Shown here one piece after another: positions 1-9,751 of a stretch of DNA of 64,000 nt. Under the pieces are notes generated by a model, which was not told the origin of the DNA, did not search any database, and saw only the letters and a program-made list of their open reading frames with translations. The stretch is taken from the NCBI GenBank assembly GCA_035945215.1, contig DASZAJ010000002.1, positions 34,129 to 98,128 of the forward strand, read 5' to 3'. Every line of letters begins with the position of its first letter. Position 1 is the stretch's first letter. This stretch comes from Thermoplasmata archaeon (GTDB lineage: Archaea > Thermoplasmatota > Thermoplasmata > Lutacidiplasmatales > UBA184). The translations under genes were made by a program, and so were the position numbers.

Positions 1-1950
1 TGTCCGAGCCCGATCCGAGCGTGGAGACCGCGGAGAAGACGACGGTCTGGCCGACGTCCGCCGAGGACCGGCTCGCCGCGGCGCTGAGGGTGGGGTCGGC
101 GAAGACCGTCAGGGTGACCGATCCGCTCGACGTGCCCACGCCGTTCGAGTCGATGACGTGGACGGAGACCACGAAGGCGGCCGAGCTCGTCACGGAGTTC
201 GGCGCCACGCAGCTGACGGTAGCCGTCGATCCGGAACAGCCCGAGGGGAGGCCCGACCAGCTGTAGCTGAAGCCGCCGCTGCCCAGTGCGGCGGTGGCCG
301 TGAACGAGACGAGTTGGCCGACGTCGGCGCTCGCCCGGGTCTCACTCGCCGACACCGTCGGGTCGGAGAAGACGGTGAACGCAAGCGGGCTGCTCGTGAC
401 CGACTTCGCGTTCGAGTCGGTCACCGTGGCGCTCACCGTGGAGGCGGCGGGCGTGGTCACGGTACAGCTGACGTCGGGGGAGGCCGGTGCCGCCGGGCAG
501 CCGGCGGGCAGCCCGGTCCAGGCGAACGCGTAGGTGCCCGATCCGGAGGCCGCCGTGGCCGTGAAGACGACGGTCTGCCCCACGTCCGCCGATACCGGCG
601 ACGCCGATACCGTGACCGTCGGATCCGGGAAGACGTTGAAAGTGACGACGTTGCTCGAGGCCGACATTCCGTTGGAGTCGGTCACCGTCTCCGAGACCAG
701 GTAGGTTCCCGAGGTGGTCACGGACGCGCAGGCCACCGAGGCCGTCGCCGGGCTCGCCGGGCAGCCGGCCGGTAGGCCCGTCCAGGCGATGGTGACGCCG
801 CCCGAGCCGCCCACGGTCGTCGAACCGAAGGTCACCGGCTGACCGATGTCCGCCGAGGCGACGCTCGGGACGACGGAGGTCGCCGGGTCGGCGAAGACGG
901 TGAAGCTCAGCGGGGCGCTCGTGGCCACGAAGCCGTTCGAGTCCGTCACCTGCGCGGTGATGGAGTAGGTGCCCGCGGCGCTCGGGTTGCAGGTGACCGT
1001 GCCGCTCGACCCGCTGCAGCCCGTCGGAAGGCCGGCCCACGCCCACAGGAGACCGCCGGAGCCCGACGAGGTCGGGAGATCCGTGAAGGTCACGGCCTGG
1101 CCGACGTCGGCGGACGCGCGGCTCGGCGAGGGCGACGCGAGCGCGGGGTCCGAAAAGACGGAGAACGACGTCGCTCCGCTCGATCCACTGCCCCCGTTCG
1201 AGTCGGTGACGGTGACGCTGACCGAGAAGCTCCCGGAGGCGCTGACGGTGCACGTGATGGAGGCCGTGGTCGGTGCGATCGGACAGCCCGTCGGCAAGCC
1301 GCTCCAAGCAAAGGTGAACCCGCCGGATCCGCCGGCGGCCGCAGCGCCGAAGTTGACCAGTTGTCCGACGTCGGCCGACGCGGCCGAGGGCGATAGGGAG
1401 ACCGTCGGATCCGCGTCCACCACGAACAATAGGGTGCTGCTCGTGTAGGAGCCGCCGATCGTGCTGTACGGCCCGTCGGTCACCGTCGCCGAGATCGAGT
1501 AGGTCCCGGCGGTTCCGAGGCTGGCGCAGGTGACGGTTCGGGTCGTGGTGCCCGAGCAGCCGGCCGGTAGACCGTTCCAGGAGAAGACGAGCCCCCCGGC
1601 GGTCCCGCCAGATTCGATCGTACTGAACGTCACGGATTGGCCGACGTCGGCGGAGGTCCGCGATGCCGTGGGGGTGGTGACGGTCGGATCCGGGTTCACG
1701 ACGACCGTCATGCTCGAGGTGGCCGTGCTCCCCACATTGTCGGTGACGGTCACCGTGGCGGTGTACCCGCTCGGGCCCGACGCTGTGGCGTAGGCGTGGC
1801 TGGCGGTCGGCGAAGCCGTGGTGGCGGTCGCGCCGTCGCCAAAGCTCCAGGCGTAGGAGGCGTACGGCGTGAATCCGAGCATCGCCGTGGCCGTGAACGT
1901 GACGGTGACGCCGACGTCCGTCGGGGGCTCGCTCGCGGGGGACGTTAGGG
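1..1950 (-). repeat. One canonical PKD domain followed by about 7 PKD-like Cys-pair repeats
   Basis: YAWSFGDG near 1840. Repeats of DVGQxVxF...W-x-GLP-x-GC...C...VTD with DVG near 1650, 1370, 1110, 850, 580, 320 and 55. Confidence 0.8.
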
Positions 1951-4900
1951 CGAGGCTGACGGTCAGGTCGGTGGTGACGGTGTAGTTGAAGCTCGCCTGG
2001 AGGCCCGTATCGGTGGCGGTGATGAGGACCGGCCCCGCCGCTTCCCGGGGGATGGTGAACGTCCCGCAGGTGAAGCTTCCGTTGGCCAGGGTCGAGGTCG
2101 ACGGACAGATGCTCGACCCGGAGGAGCCGACGGGGGTCCAGACGACGTTAACGGTCTGGGAGGCGAAGAAGCCCGTCCCGTTCACCCAGATGACCCCGCC
2201 CACCATCAGGTCGTCCGGCTGGGCGATGATGGTCGGAACCACGGTGAGTCCGGCGGTCGCCGAATTCGAGTGCGCGTCGGTCCCGGTCAGGGTGTACTTT
2301 GCCGCCGGCGTGGCCGGTATCACCGAGCTGCACGAGAACGTCCCGAGGGCGTCGGCGGTCCCCGAGCACAGGGTACCCGGCGTCCAGGTGACCGTGACGG
2401 TGTCGCCCGCGGTAAACCCTTGGCCGTCGACGGTGACCGTGGTGCCCGCGATCCCGTAGCCTCGGGCCTCGCCGCTCGTCGGGGTTACGATGATGAACGG
2501 CCCGACGGTGAACACGGCGCTCGCGGTGTTGGTCGCCGGGTCCACCGCCGTTACGGCGTGACCGCCGATCGGAGCGGAGGGCACGGTGAACGTGCAGGTG
2601 AATCCGCCCGTGGCGCTCGTCGAGAGCGAGCCGGAGGTGCAGGTGAGGCTGGTCGTAGGGCCGCTCCAGGTCAGGGTCACGGACGACGACCCGATGAACC
2701 CGGTTCCGGTGGCGGTGGTCGAGCTGCCCACGATCCCGGCCGACGGGGTGAGAACGAGGTTCGATCCCACCAGGTACGTGGCCGTCGCCGAGTTGCTCGA
2801 CGTATCGGTGGCCGTTACGAGGTGGCCCCCGTGGACGGCCGCCGGTACCGTGAACGAGCAGGAGAAGAAACCGGTGGCGTTCGTCGTCGCGCTGCACAGG
2901 GCGAGGGCGCCCGGCGCCCAGGTGACCGAGGTCACGAGCGCGCCGCCGAAACCGTTCCCGATCGCGGTGGAGGTCGATCCGACCACCCCCACGGCCGGGG
3001 CGAGCGCGAGGCTCGAGACGATCGTGAACGTGCTGGACGCCGAATTGGACGACGCATCGGTCGCGGTCACGGAGTGGGGTCCCGCGACCGCCGGGGGGAC
3101 CTGGAAGGCGCAGGTGAACGACCCCGTGGCGCCGGTGACGAGCGAGCCGCTCGTGCACGCGAGGCCGATGTTGGGGGCGGTCCAGGCGAGGCCCACGTTG
3201 GAGGTGCCGGCGAATCCGGTGCCCGAGGCAGTCGTGCTGCTGCCGACGATACCGCTCGTCGGGCTGAGGACGAGCTTCGCCGTCACGGTGAACGAGGTGG
3301 TCGCCAAGTCGCTCGCGGCGTCCGTACCGGTCACCGTGTGGGCGCCATTGACGGCGGCCGGGACGACGAAGGAGCAGCTGAAGTCACCGGTGGGATTCGT
3401 CGTGGAAGTGCACAGGGTCGCTCCGCCCGGTGACCAGGAGACGGTCACCGCCGAGCTACCGGCATACCCGTGGCCCGATGCCGTGACGGGGGTGGCCACC
3501 GGCCCGACCGAGACGCTCAAGGAGATCGAAGGGGCGACGGTGAACGTCGCGCTCGCGGTCTGGGCGCCGGCGCTGCCGGTCACCACGTTCGCGCCGATCG
3601 GGGCGCTGGGAACGGTGATCGAACAGCTCCAGTCGCCGACCGCGCCCACGGTGCCGGTCGGGGTGCAACTGACCGCCCCGCCCGAGAAGGTGACCGAGAA
3701 CGACGCGCCGCTCGGGAACCCGGCCCCGGTGACGACCACGCTCGTGCCGACGATCCCGCCCGTCGGACTGAGGCTCAAACTGGGGGCGACCGTGAACGTC
3801 GCGGTGGCGCTGTTGCTCGAGGCGTCGGTCCCCGTGACCGTGTGGGCGCCGGTGACCGCATGGGGGACGGTGAAGGTGCAGGTGAACGATCCCACGGTCG
3901 ACGAGGAGGCGGTGCACAACGTAGCCCCGCCGGGCGACCAGGTCACGGTCACCGCAGCACTCCCGGCATACCCGGTCCCGGTGGCCGTCGCGGAACTACC
4001 GACGATCCCCGAGGAGGGGGCGAGGGCGAGGCTCGCGTCGACCGTGAAGGTCGCGCTCGCGCTGTTCCCCGATCCGTCCGCGGCGACGAGGGTGTGGGCC
4101 CCGTGGACGGAGGGGGGGACGGTGAACGTCAGGTCATACGAACCGGTGGCGGGGGAGGACGCGGAGCCGCCCACGATCGTCGACCCATCCCAGGTGTCGG
4201 GGCTGGGGAAGATCAACAACGACGATCCATAGCCGGTCATGAAAGCGACGAACGTCGAACCGACCACGCCGCTGGTCGGCGAGAGGACCACATGGGGCAC
4301 CACCGTGAACGACGTCGACGCGGTGTGCGAGCTCGCATCCGTCGCCGCGACCGTGTGAGCCCCGGCGAAGGCGGCCGGCACGGTGAACGTGCAGCCGAAC
4401 CCGCCCGCGGAGGAGGTCGTCAGGGAACCGGAGGTGCACGATAGGGTCGTGGAGCCGTCCCAGGTCAGCGTGATCGTGCTGGCGCCGGCGTACCCCGTGC
4501 CGGTGACCGTCGCCGAGCTTCCGACGATGCCGCTGGTGGGCGATATGGTCAGGTTGGCGACGATCGAGAACGTTGCCGACGCCGTATTCGACGCGGCATC
4601 GGTCGCGGTGATCGCGTGGGCCCCAAAGACCCCGGCAGGGACCGTGAACGAGCAGGCGAACGCGCCCGTGAGGTTCGTCGAACCCGTGCAGACCGTCACG
4701 GCGCTCACGGAGGCGAAGCTGACCGATACGGCCGCGGCCGAAGCGAACCCGTTCCCGAGCACGCTGACGGAGCTCCCGACGGCCCCCATCGCCGACCCCG
4801 GCGCGGTGATCACCAGGCTCGAGGACGTCACGAAGGTGGCCGATGCGGTGTTCGACGACGCGTCGGTCGCGCGGACGAGATGGCCCCCGGCCGTCGAGGG

Positions 4901-7900
4901 TGGGACCAGGAACGTGGCGCTGAACCCCCCCGTCGAGTCCGAGGTGAACGTCGCCTGGGGGGCCGAGGAGCACGAGCTTCCGCCGGTGCAGGTGAGGGCC
5001 TGGCTGCCGCCCCAATTCATCGAGACGGTCGAGCTGGCCGCGAACCCCGTGCCCGTGACGGTGACCGTGGTTCCAACCGCTCCGCCGGTCGGAGCGAGCG
5101 TGATCTTGGAGGTCACCGTGAACAAGGCGCTCGCGGTACTCGCGTTCACCGACGAGTCGGTGCCGTGGAACGTGTAGGTACCCGCGGCGGTCGCGGGGAC
5201 CGTGAAGAAGCTCCCGCACGCGGCGGGGGTGAAGCTCCCCGACGAGTTCGCGCTCAGGGTGCAGACGAACGTGATCGAGGTCCACGATACGCTGACGGTG
5301 ACCGAGGCGGAGGCGCCGTAACCCGATCCGCTCACCGAGACGACCGTTCCGACGGGCCCGCTCGTCGGGGATACGGTGAGCGTCGGCTCGACGGTGAAGA
5401 TCGTGCTCGCCGCGTTGGTGCCGTCGGAGCCGGTGACGGAGTGGCCCCCTTGGAAGGCGATCGGTACGGTGAACGAGCAGCTGACATCGCCGACCGCGTT
5501 GCTCGTCGCGGAGCACAGCGTCCCGCTCGGCTTCCAGCTCATCGTCACACTCGCGGTTCCGGCAAAGCCGGTCCCCGTGGCGGTCACCGAGGTTCCCACC
5601 TGGCCGCTCGTGGGGACGATGGAGACCTCGGGAAGGATCGAGAAAGTGGCCGTGGCGGAGTTGGCGGTCGGGGACGCCGAGTCGGTACCCGTCACGGTAT
5701 GGCTGCCGGCGACGGCGTGCGGCGCGGTGAAGCTGCACGAGAAGCTGCCGAAGGAGTTCGTGGTGGCGGTGCACAAGGTCGCGCCGCCGGGCGCCCAACT
5801 GACCGTCACCGCGGAAGCGGCCGCGAACCCGAAGCCGGTCGCGGTGATCGCGGTGGTCCCGACCACGCCGCTCGTGGTGCCCAGCGTGAGGCTTGGGAGC
5901 ACCTTCAGCGTGGCACTCGCCGTGTTGGAGGCACTGTCCGTCGCGGTGGTCGTATAGGTCCCGGCGGGAGTTTGTGGGATCGAGAAGACCGCGCAGGAGA
6001 AGTCACCGGTCGACGCGACCGAGCCCGTGCAGCTGAAGGTGGTCGGTCCGGCGAAGGTGATGCTGGCGGTGATCGACGCGCCGGAGGCGAACCCGGTCGC
6101 GGCCCAGCCATAGGCGGTCCCTTCGGTCCCGCTCGTGGGCGAGATCGAAAGGGCCGGCTCCACGGTAAAGCTCGAGGTCGCTGAGCTTGGCGAACCGCTG
6201 GACTCGGTTCCGGTGATCGTGTACGTGCCTTGGGCCGTGTGGGCGACCGTGAAGGTGCACGACCACTGCCCGAGGGCGGAGACCACGGATCCCACGGTGC
6301 AGCTGATCGTGCTCGCCGCCGACCAGGTGACCGTGACCGAGGCCCCGGTCGAGTACCCGTTCCCGCTGACGGTAGCCGAACTGCCGACGATGCCGCTCGT
6401 GGGGGAAACCGATTCACTGGGCCCGACGGTGAACGGAGCGGAAGCGGTGTTGCTTGCGGCATCCGTCGCCGTGACGCTGTGGGCTCCCTGATCGGCGGTC
6501 GGGACGGTGAACGAACAGCTGAAACCGCCGGTGGCGCCCGTCGTGGCCGTGCACAGCGTGCCCGCCCCGGACGGACTCCAAGTCACGGTGGTGCTCGACG
6601 ACGCCGCGAACCCGGTTCCGGTGATCGTGGAGGAGGACCCGACCGGCCCGCTCGTCGGCGACAGGGAGACCGCGCTCGTCACGCTGAACATCGTCGCGGC
6701 CGAGTTGGTCGAGCTGTCGGTGGCGGTCACGGTGTGGCTCCCCGCGACGGCGGCCGGAACGGTGAAGCTGCACGAGAAGTCGCCCGCCGCGCTGGTGGTC
6801 GCCGAACACAGGGACGCCGCCCCCGGGGACCAGGTGACGGCCGTCAGCGAACCGCCGGCGAAGCCGTGACCCGACACGGTGACACTGGTGCCGACCGGAC
6901 CGGAGGTCGGGGAGAGTTGGATCGTCGAGACGACGGTGAAGGTGGCGCTCGCGGTGTTGGAGGAATGGTCGGTCGCACTGACCGTATGAGCTCCGATCAC
7001 CGCCGATGGCACTGTGAACGTGCAGGTGAAGGTACCGTTCGCGTGGGTCGTGATGGCCCCCTGGGTGCACGTCATGGCGGCCGCGTCGAAGGAGATCGTG
7101 GTAGTGGAGCTGCCCGCGAAGCCGGTCCCGGTGGCGGTCAGGGTGCTGCCGACCGGTCCACTCGAGGCGGATAGCGCCAGGCTGGGATTCACGGTGAAGG
7201 AAGCCGCGGCGGAGTTCGACGAACCGTCGGTCCCCGTGACGGTGTGGACTCCCTGAACGTCCGACGGGACCTGGAAGGTGCAGCTGAACGACCCCGAGCT
7301 GTTCGAGGTCGCCGTGCAGACCGTGATCGAGCCGGGCGACCAGGTCACCGTGACCGAGGACGAGGCCGCAAACCCACTGCCCGACGCGGTCGCGCTCGAC
7401 CCGACCACGCCGCTGGAGGCCGAGAGCGTCACCTGCGACGAGACGGTAAAAGTCGCCGTGTTGAAGTTGGAAGGAATGGCATTGTCGGCCGCGGTCACCG
7501 TATGCGTGCCCTGGACGGCGGGGGGGACCAGGAAGGAGCAGGAGAAGCCGCCGCCCGAACTGGTCGTTGCCGAGCACAACGCGACGGCGTTGGGCGACCA
7601 CGTGACGGCGACCGAAGCCGTGGCGGCGAACGAGGTTCCCGTGACGGTCACGCTCGTGCCGACGGGGCCGCTCGAGGTGGACAGGGAGATGCTGCAACCG
7701 CTGTTGCAGGTCGCCAGCGGCCGGGCCGGCGCGGCTCCGCCCGACGGAGCGCTCGTCGTCCAGTACGTTGCCAAGGCGGTATTCGGGGGGGAAGCCAGGT
7801 CGGTGGCGGTGACCGAGTGGGGCCCCACGGCACCCGTGGGCACGACGATCGGACAGACGAACGAGCCGTCCGCCGCTGTCGACGCCGTCTGGCCGGCGCT

Positions 7901-9580
7901 GCAAAGGATCGGGCTGTTGTCCCAAGCGATCTGGACGGGCGTGGAACCGGCGAACCCGCCCCCGATGAGATCGATGATCGTGCCGGCCGGGCCGCTACCC
8001 GGGGCCAGGGTAAGGCTCGGAGTGACCAGGAGCGAGATACTCGGGGCTCCGCCGGAACCCGCGAGCGTCGTCAGGTCCCGAACATTCAGTTGGTGCGACC
8101 CGGCGGTGGCCGCTGGGACCACGAACAGGCAGGAAAATCCGCCATTGGCGGTTACCGTGGTGCACAGCGACTTCGACGATGTGTCCCAGCCCACAGCGAC
8201 CTTCGAGTTCTCCCAGAATCCCGTACCGGTAAGGACCACGTAGGCTCCCACCGCAGCGGTCGCCGAAGAGAGGGCCAGAGCCGGCGCGACGTCGACCGCC
8301 CCGGAGGGAATGGCCAGGACCCCGTTCGACTCGATGGCGAGTGTGTGCGGTCCGCGCACCGTGGCCGGGACGGTGATCGCGCATTCGACAGAGCCGGTCG
8401 GCGTGGTCTTCAGGGTGACCGACGAACAGGCGATCGTCGCCCAATCCCACAGGACCGAGTACGCGGCGTTCGCCGGGAGGCCCTCCGCCGAAACCGAGAT
8501 CGTGTCGCCGACCTGGGCGTTTTGGGTGGACAGCGAGGCGCTCGGCCCGACCGAGACGGTGGCGCCGACCGAGATCGTCGAACCGCCGCCCAGGATCTGG
8601 GCTATGATGGGGTGCGCGCCGTTCGAAAGGGTCGGGACAGTGAAACCACACCGGAACGTTCCGGACGCCGAGGCGACGCCCGCGCATGCCGCACCCCCGG
8701 CGGCCCACTGAATCTCGACGTTGGCGAAAGCGGGGAACCCGGTTCCGGTGGCAATTTCGGATTCGCCGACGGTGGCGGTCGCCTGGGATAGGACGACGCT
8801 CGGAGTGACGGTGAAGCCGACCCTCACCGAGGCGGAGGCGGAACCCGCGCCCCCCGAGTAGGAAAGGAAGTGCTGACCCTCCGGTGAGGAGGGCACGAGG
8901 AATGAACAGGTTAGGCTTCCCAGGCGGTCGGAGACCGTGGTGCAAACCGACCCGATCAGGGGCCATTCGAGTGAGATGCGTTCGAACGCGGGGAACCCCG
9001 TGCCTATGGCGTTCGCGCGCGTCCCGACGCTCCCTGAGTGCGAAGAAAGACCTAGTGTCGGGGTAACCACGAACGTCGCGCTAGAGGTATCGGCGATCCT
9101 CGCCGAATCGGCGACCGTCACGGCGTGCGGTCCAGCGGGGCCAGCCGGGACTTTCAATGAGCAACTGACCACCCCTGCTGCGCTTGTGAGGGGAGAAAGG
9201 CTTGAACACGGAATGGCCGCTCCATCCCAGGCGACTGTGAAGGCCGAACTCGGGAGAAACCCGGAACCCGTGACGACAAGTGAGGTCCCGACCCCCCCTT
9301 GGCTCAAGAACAAGGACAAGCCGGGGTTCAGAGCGGGGTTCGACCGCAGGCTCGGCGAACCGGCAAGGGCGCCATGCGAGGCCCCCTCCGGTCCTATCGC
9401 GTGATTAGAGATCCCAAGCGTCCCCCCGGAAGCTCCGAAGAGTGTAGACAAAACCATCGCGAGTAGGACAGTCCAGATCACGAGGGTCATCCCTCGGGGG
9501 CGAGGTTGTCGCGATGCAGACTCGCTGACAAAATGCTCGTTCGGCCGGCTGGGAGACTCCGGGCTCAAGGAGGAGGGCAT
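1..9580 (-). CDS. Giant exported repeat protein, >3,190 aa, 3' end beyond the left edge: signal peptide, about 28 Ig/IPT-like Cys-pair repeats, then PKD and PKD-like repeats
   Basis: Hand translation from ATG 9580 (alternative ATG 9490) gives MPSSLSPE...MTLVIWTVLLAMVLSTLFGASGG (hydrophobic leader), then repeats such as GSFTCTFTVP. The same frame at 58 reads DVGQTVVFSAVSTLGSGS. Every sampled segment is in this frame and the track lists no closed ORF in it, consistent with an ORF that has no stop inside the window. Confidence 0.9.
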   Translation of the reverse strand, partial: MPSSLSPESPSRPNEHFVSESASRQPRPRGMTLVIWTVLLAMVLSTLFGASGGTLGISNHAIGPEGASHGALAGSPSLRSNPALNPGLSLFLSQGGVGTSLVVTGSGFLPSSAFTVAWDGAAIPCSSLSPLTSAAGVVSCSLKVPAGPAGPHAVTVADSARIADTSSATFVVTPTLGLSSHSGSVGTRANAIGTGFPAFERISLEWPLIGSVCTTVSDRLGSLTCSFLVPSSPEGQHFLSYSGGAGSASASVRVGFTVTPSVVLSQATATVGESEIATGTGFPAFANVEIQWAAGGAACAGVASASGTFRCGFTVPTLSNGAHPIIAQILGGGSTISVGATVSVGPSASLSTQNAQVGDTISVSAEGLPANAAYSVLWDWATIACSSVTLKTTPTGSVECAITVPATVRGPHTLAIESNGVLAIPSGAVDVAPALALSSATAAVGAYVVLTGTGFWENSKVAVGWDTSSKSLCTTVTANGGFSCLFVVPAATAGSHQLNVRDLTTLAGSGGAPSISLLVTPSLTLAPGSGPAGTIIDLIGGGFAGSTPVQIAWDNSPILCSAGQTASTAADGSFVCPIVVPTGAVGPHSVTATDLASPPNTALATYWTTSAPSGGAAPARPLATCNSGCSISLSTSSGPVGTSVTVTGTSFAATASVAVTWSPNAVALCSATTSSGGGFSCSFLVPPAVQGTHTVTAADNAIPSNFNTATFTVSSQVTLSASSGVVGSSATASGSGFAASSSVTVTWSPGSITVCTATSNSSGSFSCTFQVPSDVQGVHTVTGTDGSSNSAAASFTVNPSLALSASSGPVGSTLTATGTGFAGSSTTTISFDAAAMTCTQGAITTHANGTFTCTFTVPSAVIGAHTVSATDHSSNTASATFTVVSTIQLSPTSGPVGTSVTVSGHGFAGGSLTAVTWSPGAASLCSATTSAAGDFSCSFTVPAAVAGSHTVTATDSSTNSAATMFSVTSAVSLSPTSGPVGSSSTITGTGFAASSSTTVTWSPSGAGTLCTATTGATGGFSCSFTVPTADQGAHSVTATDAASNTASAPFTVGPSESVSPTSGIVGSSATVSGNGYSTGASVTVTWSAASTISCTVGSVVSALGQWSCTFTVAHTAQGTYTITGTESSGSPSSATSSFTVEPALSISPTSGTEGTAYGWAATGFASGASITASITFAGPTTFSCTGSVASTGDFSCAVFSIPQTPAGTYTTTATDSASNTASATLKVLPSLTLGTTSGVVGTTAITATGFGFAAASAVTVSWAPGGATLCTATTNSFGSFSCSFTAPHAVAGSHTVTGTDSASPTANSATATFSILPEVSIVPTSGQVGTSVTATGTGFAGTASVTMSWKPSGTLCSATSNAVGDVSCSFTVPIAFQGGHSVTGSDGTNAASTIFTVEPTLTVSPTSGPVGTVVSVSGSGYGASASVTVSVSWTSITFVCTLSANSSGSFTPAACGSFFTVPATAAGTYTFHGTDSSVNASTASALFTVTSKITLAPTGGAVGTTVTVTGTGFAASSTVSMNWGGSQALTCTGGSSCSSAPQATFTSDSTGGFSATFLVPPSTAGGHLVRATDASSNTASATFVTSSSLVITAPGSAMGAVGSSVSVLGNGFASAAAVSVSFASVSAVTVCTGSTNLTGAFACSFTVPAGVFGAHAITATDAASNTASATFSIVANLTISPTSGIVGSSATVTGTGYAGASTITLTWDGSTTLSCTSGSLTTSSAGGFGCTFTVPAAFAGAHTVAATDASSHTASTSFTVVPHVVLSPTSGVVGSTFVAFMTGYGSSLLIFPSPDTWDGSTIVGGSASSPATGSYDLTFTVPPSVHGAHTLVAADGSGNSASATFTVDASLALAPSSGIVGSSATATGTGYAGSAAVTVTWSPGGATLCTASSSTVGSFTCTFTVPHAVTGAHTVTGTDASSNSATATFTVAPSLSLSPTGGIVGTSVVVTGAGFPSGASFSVTFSGGAVSCTPTGTVGAVGDWSCSITVPSAPIGANVVTGSAGAQTASATFTVAPSISLSVSVGPVATPVTASGHGYAGSSAVTVSWSPGGATLCTSTTNPTGDFSCSFVVPAAVNGAHTVTGTDAASDLATTSFTVTAKLVLSPTSGIVGSSTTASGTGFAGTSNVGLAWTAPNIGLACTSGSLVTGATGSFTCAFQVPPAVAGPHSVTATDASSNSASSTFTIVSSLALAPAVGVVGSTSTAIGNGFGGALVTSVTWAPGALALCSATTNATGFFSCSFTVPAAVHGGHLVTATDTSSNSATATYLVGSNLVLTPSAGIVGSSTTATGTGFIGSSSVTLTWSGPTTSLTCTSGSLSTSATGGFTCTFTVPSAPIGGHAVTAVDPATNTASAVFTVGPFIIVTPTSGEARGYGIAGTTVTVDGQGFTAGDTVTVTWTPGTLCSGTADALGTFSCSSVIPATPAAKYTLTGTDAHSNSATAGLTVVPTIIAQPDDLMVGGVIWVNGTGFFASQTVNVVWTPVGSSGSSICPSTSTLANGSFTCGTFTIPREAAGPVLITATDTGLQASFNYTVTTDLTVSLALTSPASEPPTDVGVTVTFTATAMLGFTPYASYAWSFGDGATATTASPTASHAYATASGPSGYTATVTVTDNVGSTATSSMTVVVNPDPTVTTPTASRTSADVGQSVTFSTIESGGTAGGLVFSWNGLPAGCSGTTTRTVTCASLGTAGTYSISATVTDGPYSTIGGSYTSSTLLFVVDADPTVSLSPSAASADVGQLVNFGAAAAGGSGGFTFAWSGLPTGCPIAPTTASITCTVSASGSFSVSVTVTDSNGGSGSSGATSFSVFSDPALASPSPSRASADVGQAVTFTDLPTSSGSGGLLWAWAGLPTGCSGSSGTVTCNPSAAGTYSITAQVTDSNGFVATSAPLSFTVFADPATSVVPSVASADIGQPVTFGSTTVGGSGGVTIAWTGLPAGCPASPATASVACASVTTSGTYLVSETVTDSNGMSASSNVVTFNVFPDPTVTVSASPVSADVGQTVVFTATAASGSGTYAFAWTGLPAGCPAAPASPDVSCTVTTPAASTVSATVTDSNAKSVTSSPLAFTVFSDPTVSASETRASADVGQLVSFTATAALGSGGFSYSWSGLPSGCSGSTATVSCVAPNSVTSSAAFVVSVHVIDSNGVGTSSGSVTLTVFADPTLSAAASRSSADVGQTVVFSAVSTLGSGSD
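1980..9300 (-). repeat. About 28 tandem, diverged ~87-aa protein repeats (~260-nt period)
   Basis: The motif G-x-F-x-C-x-F-x-V-P recurs near 9150, 8900, 8640, 8370, 8120, 7840, 7530, 7270, 7010, 6760, 6500, 6250, 5980, 5720, 5460, 5190, 4910, 4640, 4380, 4115, 3865, 3610, 3360, 3095, 2845, 2580, 2320 and 2050. Confidence 0.85.
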
Positions 9581-9593
9581 GTCGGCGCCACAA

Positions 9594-9751
9594 TAGCCAG
9601 TCTATATCATTGTTGTGGGAAAATTTCCGTTTTTTCGACGAAAAATCATCCCCTGATTCTGAATTGTATACTGTAAATGAAACTACGAATCCTAACTAGT
9701 TCGGCTTTGAGTCGGCTGAACTGAAATTGCATCCCTTTATATTCATCGAGA
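9594..9751. promoter_or_regulatory. AT-rich divergent promoter region with two TATA-like boxes and palindromes
   Basis: Minus-strand GATATAG at about 9602-9608, roughly 25 nt before ATG 9580. Plus-strand TTTATAT at 9736-9742, roughly 25 nt before GTG 9767. Palindromes: ggaaa-a-tttcc (9618-9628), tttttcg-a-cgaaaaa (9631-9645) and aactagtt (9694-9701). Confidence 0.65.

Noticed and set aside
1980-9300. Periodic ~260-nt pattern as a CRISPR array or DGR
   Set aside because: The units are diverged in-frame protein repeats. There are no identical direct repeats with spacers, and no cas or reverse transcriptase gene.
21-9404. Many long plus-strand and alternate-frame ORFs (e.g. 2586-4232 +, 4134-5798 -)
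   Set aside because: They are shadows of the giant minus-strand gene. Val/Thr/Pro- or Arg/His-rich translations arise from high-GC codon bias and all keep a fixed frame offset from the real ORF.
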